From contig CAZPTW010000001.1 in NCBI GenBank assembly GCA_964589235.1, positions 1 to 27,127 of the forward strand: a stretch of DNA of 27,127 bases, written 5' to 3'. Origin of the DNA: an uncultured Smithella sp. (GTDB lineage: Bacteria > Desulfobacterota > Syntrophia > Syntrophales > Smithellaceae). Positions 1 through 6,843 of this stretch are shown here, in pieces. Within the stretch, counting starts at the first letter, position 1. Every line of letters starts with the position of its first letter. Position numbers and translations under genes: made by a program. Below the pieces are notes generated by a model. That model was not told the origin of the DNA. It made no database searches and saw only the letters and a program-made list of their open reading frames with translations.

Positions 1-2
1 TC

Positions 3-317
3 AAAGAAAAAAGTCGGTTGCCTTTGATTCTCGGAGGCGGATTTCGGACGCTCGCCGCTATCCAGAACGCCCTAAACGAGAACGTTTGCGATTTCATCGC
101 CATGGCCCGTCCGTTCATCCGGGAGCCGGGTTTGATCAAGCGGTGGAAGCGAGGTGATATGCGGCCCTCTTTGTGCGTTTCAGACAATCTATGCTTTCAG
201 CCGGTTCGGGCCGGGAAAGGGCTTTACTGTCTGACCGCGGTGAAGGAAAAGAAAAAAGTGAGGGGACAGGCCATGTCTTCGGCGTCGCCTGAGGAGAATT
301 GTCCAGACGCGGGTTGA
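3..317 (+). CDS. NADH:flavin oxidoreductase / old yellow enzyme family protein, C-terminal fragment (5' end outside window)
   Basis: Frame is open from base 3 (KEKSRLPLILGGGFRT...CDFIAMARPFIREPGLIKRW...CVSDNLC). This matches the C-terminal FMN-phosphate-binding GG..R / ARP..P motifs of OYE-like TIM barrels. Ends TGA 315-317. Confidence 0.7.
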   Translation, partial: KEKSRLPLILGGGFRTLAAIQNALNENVCDFIAMARPFIREPGLIKRWKRGDMRPSLCVSDNLCFQPVRAGKGLYCLTAVKEKKKVRGQAMSSASPEENCPDAG

Positions 318-602
318 TTATTTCCGAAAAAGGGCTTCCAGTTTGTCTTTGGGGGATGTTCCGCTTCGCCCGGCGGCGGCGGAGGTGGTCTCCTTGAAAC
401 GAAAAAAGTCGCAGAAGTTGGCGCGGTTTTTTTCCAAAACTCTCTCGGCTTGCGACTCCCGGCAGTCGTTGTATGCGCCTCGTTCGAAAAAGACACAGTT
501 GAAACAACAATGCAGATCGGCTCCGCAGAAAGGGCAGAGATCCCGTCTGCCGATCCGCAGGTCGATGGGTATCTCTTTTTGGCAGGCGGCGCAAATCTTC
601 AT
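318..602 (-). CDS. Small Cys-rich conserved hypothetical protein (94 aa, 9 Cys; probable Zn or Fe-S binder)
   Basis: ATG at 602. Motifs CAAC, CPFC, HCCFNC, DCRE and NFCDFF. Its TAA (318-320) directly abuts the TGA of the convergent upstream gene. Confidence 0.8.
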   Translation of the reverse strand: MKICAACQKEIPIDLRIGRRDLCPFCGADLHCCFNCVFFERGAYNDCRESQAERVLEKNRANFCDFFRFKETTSAAAGRSGTSPKDKLEALFRK

Positions 603-684
603 GGGAAAAACCTTACAGGGGGATCAGCCGATTTGTCAAGCGCCGAAGGATGATGGCGGGGAGGTTGTCTCATTAGAACGTGAA

Positions 685-718
685 AATGGTCATCGGATAT
701 GATATGACGGTGACCATT
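685..718. repeat. 11-bp inverted repeat (one G-U pair) with a 12-nt loop, just upstream of the RBS of the MaoC operon
   Basis: AATGGTCATCG (685-695) / CGGTGACCATT (708-718), loop GATATGATATGA. GGAGG follows at 721-725. Confidence 0.6.
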
Positions 719-730
719 CCGGAGGTTCAC

Positions 731-1204
731 ATGGCTGATAAATCGAAGCTGGGGATGGAGTTTCCACCTTATTCCATCAAGGTCGAAAAAAACAAAATCG
801 CGGAATTCGCGGCGGCGGTGGCGCAAAAGGACGACATCGAAACCATCCGCGATATTTACCGAGACGAGGAAGCCGCCCGGCGGGCCGGGTATGAAAGTAT
901 TCCCATCCCTCCGACTTTCCCGACGAGTTTCGTCTTTTGGACCGGCGGCGGCCTTTTAGGGACGGTCAACGGCGTGGGCGCGGATTTGAGCCGTCTTTTG
1001 CACAGCGAAGAAGAATATGAGTACTTCGCGCCGATCTGTGCCGGCGATATTCTGACCCGTAAAATGAAAGTCGTCGAGATGTACGATCGAGGGAAGAAAG
1101 AGCGGAAAGGCTGGTATGCGGAAATCACGGTTCTGCAGACGGATGTGATCAATCAGCGCGGGGAACTCGTGATGCGGGCCCGCACAACGTTTATCGAAAG
1201 GTAG
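731..1204 (+). CDS. MaoC/FAS1-like dehydratase N-terminal-type hot-dog protein (HadA-like, non-catalytic subunit), 157 aa
   Basis: GGAGG at 721-725 places the start at ATG 731 (MADKSKLGMEFPP), not 680. Has VEKNKIAEFA, IPPTF, LLHSEEEYEYFAPICAGD and a C-terminal GELVMRARTTFIER typical of this family. No D-x4-H catalytic motif. Confidence 0.85.
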   Translation: MADKSKLGMEFPPYSIKVEKNKIAEFAAAVAQKDDIETIRDIYRDEEAARRAGYESIPIPPTFPTSFVFWTGGGLLGTVNGVGADLSRLLHSEEEYEYFAPICAGDILTRKMKVVEMYDRGKKERKGWYAEITVLQTDVINQRGELVMRARTTFIER

Positions 1205-1213
1205 ATCAAAACG

Positions 1214-1663
1214 ATGTCCATCGACTTCGATCATATTCAGGTCGGCGATGAAATGCCGCCCTACACATCGGCGCCGATCACCCGGACCCATTTGGTTCGA
1301 TATGCCGGAGCCTCGGGCGATTTCAACCCGTTGCATCATGACGAAACCTTTGCCCGCTCCATCGGGTTAAACGGTGTCATCTCTCACGGCATGTTCATCA
1401 TGGGGATCGCCGGCGAAGCCATTACCCGCTGGATCGACAACAAGAATCTTCGGAAATTTTCCGTGCATTTCCTGAGCATGACCGAACCGGTGAACATGGA
1501 TGACTATGAAAACACCAAAGACCGGGCCACCATCACCGTCACCGGCAGAGTGGTCCAAAAGTATGAAGAAGACGGGGAAAAAAGAATTCGCTGCGACATC
1601 ATCGCCCAGGACGGCCACGGCAGTCGCAAGCTCAGCGGTTCCTTTATCGCGCGCGTGGGGTGA
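1214..1663 (+). CDS. MaoC-family (R)-hydroxyacyl dehydratase / enoyl-CoA hydratase (HadB-like catalytic subunit)
   Basis: Hydratase-2 motif YAGASGDFNPLHHDETFA...ISHGM. Starts 9 bp after the HadA-like gene. Confidence 0.9.
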   Translation: MSIDFDHIQVGDEMPPYTSAPITRTHLVRYAGASGDFNPLHHDETFARSIGLNGVISHGMFIMGIAGEAITRWIDNKNLRKFSVHFLSMTEPVNMDDYENTKDRATITVTGRVVQKYEEDGEKRIRCDIIAQDGHGSRKLSGSFIARVG

Positions 1664-1696
1664 CCCTTTCTTCTTTAACGAGCTTACGGATTGTTT

Positions 1697-3028
1697 ATGA
1701 AAGCCAAGATTTTGGTGATTGATGATGATGCGATCGCTTGTGAATTTCTTCAGGAAGTTCTTCAGCGCGAAGGGTATGGCGTAAACACCTACACCTCGGC
1801 GACTGCCGCCCTCGAACAGGACTTGTCCGATTACGATCTTCTCATGTCGGACATCCGCATGCCCGGCATGGATGGTCTTCAGTTCTTGAGTGAAGTTCAA
1901 AAAAAATGGCCCAACCTCCCTGTGATTTTGATGACGGCCTATGGCTCGCTGGAAACCACGATGGAGGCTTTGAGTCTCGGCGCTTGGGATTACATCAGCA
2001 AACCTTTCTCTCCGGAGGATTGCCGTGCGCTCGTCAAAAAAGTGCTGGAGGTCCGCGAATTACGAAGACGGCGGATGAATCTTCAGATGGAAACGACCGA
2101 GTCGGCGAAACTGATCGGTTCCTCGGCGACGATGGTGGAGTTCTACAAACAGATCGCCCGCGTGGCGGATTCGCAGGCCAGTGTCCTCATCGAAGGCGAA
2201 AGCGGCACAGGAAAGGAGCTGACGGCCCGTTCCCTGCACTCCATGTCGTCGCGACGCCACAAGCCTTTTGTCGTGGTCCATTGCGGCGCGATCCCCGATA
2301 ATCTCCTGGAATCGGAACTCTTTGGCTACGAGAAGGGGTCGTTTACCGGCGCCGATCACCAACACATCGGGCTGATCGAATCGGCCGAGGGCGGCACAAT
2401 TTTTCTTGACGAGATCACGGAGATGTCAACGGCGTTGCAAAGCAAGCTTTTGCGGTTTATGCAAGACGGGGAAGTGCGTCGGATCGGTGGACATGACGTT
2501 CGGCACGTTGCGGTTCGCGTCGCTGCGGCCGCCAACAAGAATATCGATGAGGAGGTTGCCGCCGGCCGCTTTCGCTTGGATCTGCTCTACCGTTTCATCG
2601 TCAGGCTGCGCATCCCCCCCCTGCGCGACCGGCGGGAAGATATTCCTCTGCTCATCGAAGCGCTGCTGAAAAAACAGGGATATTCCGGCGTGCGCGTTTC
2701 TCCGGAAGCGATGGAACTTTTGATGAGCTATGACTGGCCGGGCAATGTGCGCGAGCTGGAAAATGTCTTGCAGCAGACGCTCCTTTTGTCTCCCTTCGTC
2801 GTGATTCTTCCGGAGAATCTGCCGGAACGCATCCGCGAGAAAGCCGCCGCTCGAAAAACGCCAAGCCCATCCGATATGACGCCGCTTGAAGAAGCGCAGC
2901 GGGATCAAATTCTCCAAACGCTCAAAGCGACAGCCTGGAATCAGTCGAAAGCGGCCGAAATCCTGGGCATCGACCGGAAAACCTTGCGTATGAAGATTCG
3001 ACGATACCATCTCTTAGACGAAAAATAA
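1697..3028 (+). CDS. Sigma54-dependent response regulator (NtrC/AtoC/ZraR family: REC-AAA+-Fis HTH)
   Basis: REC domain (ILVIDDD; MSDIRMPGMDG; YISKPF), Walker A GESGTGKE, GSFTGA loop, Walker B IFLDEI, and C-terminal HTH NQSKAAEILGIDRKTL. The ATG at 1697 is preferred over the TTG at 1691. Confidence 0.95.
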   Translation: MKAKILVIDDDAIACEFLQEVLQREGYGVNTYTSATAALEQDLSDYDLLMSDIRMPGMDGLQFLSEVQKKWPNLPVILMTAYGSLETTMEALSLGAWDYISKPFSPEDCRALVKKVLEVRELRRRRMNLQMETTESAKLIGSSATMVEFYKQIARVADSQASVLIEGESGTGKELTARSLHSMSSRRHKPFVVVHCGAIPDNLLESELFGYEKGSFTGADHQHIGLIESAEGGTIFLDEITEMSTALQSKLLRFMQDGEVRRIGGHDVRHVAVRVAAAANKNIDEEVAAGRFRLDLLYRFIVRLRIPPLRDRREDIPLLIEALLKKQGYSGVRVSPEAMELLMSYDWPGNVRELENVLQQTLLLSPFVVILPENLPERIREKAAARKTPSPSDMTPLEEAQRDQILQTLKATAWNQSKAAEILGIDRKTLRMKIRRYHLLDEK

Positions 3029-3050
3029 ACGAAGCGCTCCGCAGGGCCTC

Positions 3051-4598
3051 TCAGGTGACCTTTTCGCCCGCCATTCGAAGAGACAGCATGACCGTGGTGC
3101 CCCGTCCCGGTGTGCTTTGGATATCCAGATGTCCGCCGTGCGCCTTGACGATGTCGCGGACGATCGCAAGCCCCAGGCCCCTTAGACCCTCATCCTTGTG
3201 CGAACTGAAGAAAGGCTCGCAGACTTTTTTCAGTTCTTCGGCGGAAATGCCTTGCCCCGTGTCTTCGATCGATATGTGAATCATTTTTTGCTCGACATCG
3301 TCCTGGGCCGAAAGTGTTATTTTCCCGCCGTCGGGCATGGCTTCGATGGAATTCTGGATGATGTTGAAAAGAGCGGTTTGGATTCGGTAGCGGTCGGCGT
3401 AAAGATGGGCCCGCGAGTTTTCGGTTTTGACCTGAAGGGATACACGGCCGTTTTGCGTAAGCGGTTCGACCAGCGGCAGGGTTTCGCTTAAAATTTGTTG
3501 GATGGTCATCGATTCGAAATGAGGTTCGGGAAGACGCGTCGCCTTGCGCACGTTTTGAATGACCCGATCGAGCCTTTCTGTTTGGAGAACGATCAAATGC
3601 AGTTTATGCGAAACATCCGGCGGCCAGCCTTCCCGCTCCAACATCAGTTTGGCCAACCCCGCGATGGAATGAAGGGGGGTGCCCAGGTCGTGCGCAAGGT
3701 TGGCCGTCAGGTGGCCCAGGGCTGTCAACTGCTTGAGATCGTCGACTTGTTTTTGAAGTTGGACGACTTTCAGCGTTTCTTCGCGCACACGGTCCTCTAG
3801 ATGACGCGTCAAGTCGAGGTTATGCGCCATGACCTGTTGAATGGCTTCCGCCATCTGATTGAAATGGTCGGCCAGTTGGCCCCACTCGTCGTTTCGGTGG
3901 ATGGGAATGCGTTCCACATATTTTCCTTTTTGAAACGCGTCAATGCTGCCGATGATGGCATGGAGCGGGCGACCGATCATAAAGCCGTAACTGGCGAGCA
4001 TCAACATGAGAATCACCAGAAGAAGCCCGGCGCTGCTGACGATCAACAACCGGTTGGCGCGAACCATGATTTCCTTGTTGCTTCGCGAAAAGGCGATAAT
4101 GCCGACGATCACCCGGGAATCTTTCGCGCTGTCCTCGGAAACCGGATAAAGCAACCCCAAAGAGGGCCCACCGTCGGTGTCGAGTTGAACATAGCGGGAT
4201 TTGCCTTTGCGGCCGACTTGGGCGACCAGGGCATCGGGCCACTCGTACTGGATGCGGCTGGCACCGGCGACATAGTTGACCGCATTCCGGCGCGCGTCGA
4301 AAATGTCGATGCGCGCCAGACGGACATCGGATTGAATATGGTCCTTCAAGGCGGAATCGAGGGCGGCCAGACCCTGGCGAGTCGGGAAGTGCAGATAGAA
4401 GGTGCTCACCGTATCTGCGACCCCTTCCAGCCGCTTGACTTGTTGATCCACCAATATGTTCTCCAGGGCGGTAAGCTGGATCAGTCCCCATGCGGCCATG
4501 GTGACGGCCAATCCCAAGACGGTGAGGGCGACCAGTTTGACGCGAACCGTGAGGCTGTTGTAGAAATGAATGATTTTTTTAAAAAAAAGCGTCAACAT
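3051..4598 (-). CDS. Membrane sensor histidine kinase (2 TM, periplasmic sensor, HAMP, HisKA, HATPase)
   Basis: Two hydrophobic segments. HAMP (RPLHAI...DEWGQLADHFNQM), H-box LAHDLGTPL, N-box FNIIQNSIEAM, DTGQG, FFSSH and GLGLAIV. Confidence 0.95.
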   Translation of the reverse strand: MLTLFFKKIIHFYNSLTVRVKLVALTVLGLAVTMAAWGLIQLTALENILVDQQVKRLEGVADTVSTFYLHFPTRQGLAALDSALKDHIQSDVRLARIDIFDARRNAVNYVAGASRIQYEWPDALVAQVGRKGKSRYVQLDTDGGPSLGLLYPVSEDSAKDSRVIVGIIAFSRSNKEIMVRANRLLIVSSAGLLLVILMLMLASYGFMIGRPLHAIIGSIDAFQKGKYVERIPIHRNDEWGQLADHFNQMAEAIQQVMAHNLDLTRHLEDRVREETLKVVQLQKQVDDLKQLTALGHLTANLAHDLGTPLHSIAGLAKLMLEREGWPPDVSHKLHLIVLQTERLDRVIQNVRKATRLPEPHFESMTIQQILSETLPLVEPLTQNGRVSLQVKTENSRAHLYADRYRIQTALFNIIQNSIEAMPDGGKITLSAQDDVEQKMIHISIEDTGQGISAEELKKVCEPFFSSHKDEGLRGLGLAIVRDIVKAHGGHLDIQSTPGRGTTVMLSLRMAGEKVT

Positions 4599-4680
4599 AT
4601 GGTATGGCCTATATCAAAAAGGAACCGTTTTGACCACGATGAGTTTGGGGTCAAGCTCGGGGAGCGTGTCAAACCAGCAT

Positions 4681-4714
4681 AAAAAAAAGGACGGGTCAAG
4701 GCCCGTCCTTTTTT
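4681..4714 (-). terminator. Rho-independent terminator downstream of the Lys/Ala-rich secreted protein gene (potentially bidirectional)
   Basis: 7-bp stem GGACGGG (4689-4695) / CCCGTCC (4702-4708) with a 6-nt loop. Flanked by A8 (4681-4688) and T6 (4709-4714), which gives a U8 tail on the minus strand. Confidence 0.9.
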
Positions 4715-4737
4715 CAAGAACCTAAGTTTGGTCAAAC

Positions 4738-4992
4738 TTATTTCTTTTCAGCCGGAGCAGCTTCTTTCTTTTCTTCAGCCTTCTTCTCTTCGGCTTTCTT
4801 TGCTTTGGCTTTCTTTACTTTCTTTTCTGCTTTCTTTTCGGCTTTCTTGTCATCGGCCTTCTTGTCGTCAGCCTTCACGTCGGTCGCGGCGGGTTTATCG
4901 GCCGGAGCGGCTGCCTTGGGGGCATCGGCTGCGATCGCGGTCATGGACAGTGCGAAAACAAATGCAACAACTAACAATACTAAACGCTTCAT
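4738..4992 (-). CDS. Secreted low-complexity Lys/Ala/Asp/Glu-rich protein (84 aa; signal peptide; probably disordered)
   Basis: Strong RBS AAGGAGG. Sec signal MKRLVLLVVAFVFALSMTAIA|ADA. The mature 63 aa contain KA(D/E)(D/E/K)K repeats and no aromatic or Cys residues. Followed by its own terminator. Confidence 0.9.
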   Translation of the reverse strand: MKRLVLLVVAFVFALSMTAIAADAPKAAAPADKPAATDVKADDKKADDKKAEKKAEKKVKKAKAKKAEEKKAEEKKEAAPAEKK

Positions 4993-5076
4993 CTTTGAAA
5001 TCCTCCTTCGTTAAATAGTTTTTAAACAACCCTTACGATGAATTTAAGGGACTCCACCTTTAAAAAAACAGGCCGC

Positions 5077-5475
5077 CTACTTTGATTCAGAGGCCGGTTT
5101 CTCTTCGCCGTTTTTGACGCCGTTTTTAATGGTCGGCTTCTGCGCGGGGAGTTTCACCACTCGCGACGCCGTCATTTTTCCTTCCTTGAGGCTATAATCG
5201 ATCTTGACCAAGTCTCCTACCGAAATTCCGTCCACCGCGTGTTCCAATGCGAATTCCATTTTCTCCGCATTGCCCTTGATGCTTCTTTCGATGACCACGG
5301 CTTTGTCGGAAATGTTGATCACCTTTCCACGGGCGTTCATTTTGGCCGCTTTGACGACAACCTGTTTTGACTGAGCCTTTGGGTTTGCTTCCTTTAAAGT
5401 GGTATCTGCAGCCAATGTCCACGCAACCACCATAAAGAGGATGCCAGCCACGCAAACCAAAGTCTTTTTCGTCAT
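5077..5475 (-). CDS. Secreted small beta-barrel (OB-fold-like) protein, 132 aa
   Basis: RBS GGGAG (5483-5487). Signal peptide ending ...AWTLA|ADT. Core GKVINISDKAVVIE...ISVGDLVKIDYSLKEGKMTASRV resembles periplasmic OB-fold domains (DUF5666/DUF1344-like by recall). Confidence 0.8.
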   Translation of the reverse strand: MTKKTLVCVAGILFMVVAWTLAADTTLKEANPKAQSKQVVVKAAKMNARGKVINISDKAVVIERSIKGNAEKMEFALEHAVDGISVGDLVKIDYSLKEGKMTASRVVKLPAQKPTIKNGVKNGEEKPASESK

Positions 5476-5508
5476 TGGCGATCTCCCGATCTTTTATGCT
5501 TGGGGATC

Positions 5509-5524
5509 AGCAAACTATGTGCCA
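5509..5524 (-). promoter_or_regulatory. Sigma54 (RpoN) -24/-12 promoter for 5077..5475 (and probably 4738..4992)
   Basis: The minus strand reads TGGCACATAGTTTGCT, an exact TGGCAC-N5-TTGCW match with GG-N10-GC spacing. Predicted start about 5498, about 23 nt before the ATG. Confidence 0.9.
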
Positions 5525-5565
5525 CATTATTTGTTTGAAAAAAAATTCTAATAGTTTGAAATTAC

Positions 5566-5578
5566 AATCAATTATTCT
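5566..5578. promoter_or_regulatory. Possible IHF site in the AT-rich spacer between the sigma54 promoter and the enhancer
   Basis: AATCAATTATTCT versus consensus WATCAANNNNTTR (one mismatch), within a very AT-rich tract at about 5526-5580. Confidence 0.4.
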
Positions 5579-5615
5579 CATCCACGGCTTACGCCTGCAT
5601 ATGGAGGCCGCGTAT

Positions 5616-5654
5616 TGGGGAATATCTCCTCAGGGCATGGGGAATAATTCTTCA
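5616..5654. promoter_or_regulatory. Tandem imperfect 17-bp palindromes: candidate upstream activating sequence (bEBP enhancer)
   Basis: TGGGGAATATCTCCTCA (5616-5632) and TGGGGAATAATTCTTCA (5638-5654). Starts are 22 bp apart, and centres lie about 125 and 150 bp upstream of the predicted sigma54 start. Confidence 0.65.
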
Positions 5655-6725
5655 CGATCCGTGTCGTCCCGGTTTGAATTTCCGATAGAGGCGGCACTGC
5701 CAAAAAAAGAACAATGAAGGAAGACCACCCAACTTCAATAGTTTTTTCGCCGTATTGAAGAGTTCTTTTTGAAGCGGGACTTTCTCGTCCGCCAGATAAA
5801 TGCTCAAAAGCCCCTGATTGACCAACCGGTGAAAACGCGCGTTGGGCAGATGGGCGACACTGGCTTGTGCCTCTCGATAGAAGAAAGACAAACGCTTGAG
5901 GAGAGACTCACGGTCTGGATAGAAAGCGCAAAAATTGAGATCCGCCGCCTGCCGGTCTTCCTCCTGATCGATCAGGTAATCCAGGAGAATATGCAGTCCC
6001 TGAACCCAGGGGAAATAGGCCCTTTTGAGGTCTTCGACCAGCCGGTCGGTGGTCGCGGGTTGAAAAAGGGTCGAAACAATGCAGAAGATCCCCAGCGTGG
6101 ACCCCGCGCAGGCGGCAAATTCATACCAGGCCATCGGGGGAATCTTCTTCTCATGCTGGGCAAACCATGCCTGGAGACGTGGCAGTCGATCTTGCCGGCG
6201 AACGTGCTTGTGAACCTGCAGATCGATGTACAGTCGGGCGAGTTCCAGAAGGGCGTCGTTGCCTCCGCGATCGCTTGGCCGTTGTGTCAGCACATTTTGG
6301 CAGGTCTTAACGAGTTGGGCGATATAACCTCCATCCTCCCGTTCCCGGCGATGACGGTAATAAGCGGTGATGGGCGCCCCGGGGCTCAGCGCCTGCAGGA
6401 CGGATTCGTGCAGGGCGAGGAAATCTTCCGGGTCTTGCGACGTGCCGCGGTCGCAAAGATTGTCCAGATAATCGCAGAGGGTTTGATAGGCGACAATGAA
6501 TTCAACGGCGGTTCGATACGATGTGTCGGCCAGAAGGCCGAAAAGCGCGCCGCCTTCGCAGTGGAACGTTTTGGTCTCCAGACTGTCTTGGGCCTGGCGG
6601 CGCAATTCCGGGTCGGGAATGGATCGGGCTTTTTGCCTCCAATGCCGGAGAAAGGCATGGGTGGCCGGTCGGACCTTGAAAAACACTTGCGCGGTCAGGG
6701 AAAGAAGATTCGTCGGCACTTGCAA
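5652..6725 (-). CDS. ytpB: Tetraprenyl-beta-curcumene synthase family (YtpB/DUF2600, class IB terpene synthase), 357 aa
   Basis: AAGGAG followed 6 nt later by TTG at 6725 (MQVPTNLL...). Collinear with recalled B. subtilis YtpB: KTFHCEGG, YQTLCDYLDNLCD, EDGGY, DLQVHKHV, WYEFAACAGSTLGIF, FPWVQGLHILLDYLIDQEED, GDLNF-like ADLNF. Both Asp-rich motifs are intact. Confidence 0.9.
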   Translation of the reverse strand: MQVPTNLLSLTAQVFFKVRPATHAFLRHWRQKARSIPDPELRRQAQDSLETKTFHCEGGALFGLLADTSYRTAVEFIVAYQTLCDYLDNLCDRGTSQDPEDFLALHESVLQALSPGAPITAYYRHRREREDGGYIAQLVKTCQNVLTQRPSDRGGNDALLELARLYIDLQVHKHVRRQDRLPRLQAWFAQHEKKIPPMAWYEFAACAGSTLGIFCIVSTLFQPATTDRLVEDLKRAYFPWVQGLHILLDYLIDQEEDRQAADLNFCAFYPDRESLLKRLSFFYREAQASVAHLPNARFHRLVNQGLLSIYLADEKVPLQKELFNTAKKLLKLGGLPSLFFFWQCRLYRKFKPGRHGS

Positions 6726-6843
6726 GGGGCGCTCCTTCAATATCGGGAAAATCGCGGCCCTTTTATCACAGGCGGATGTAGATTCCAAGACGATTGGGGA
6801 TTCGTGATTGACCGATTTTGCCGGTCTATGATACCCATCCGGC

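Noticed and set aside
4574-4588. T7A8 tract in the kinase 5' end (and A9 tracts at 7310-7318 and 12911-12919) as phase-variation or frameshift sites
   Set aside because: All reading frames are intact, the tracts encode ordinary Phe/Lys runs, and no alternative-frame product or stimulatory structure is evident.
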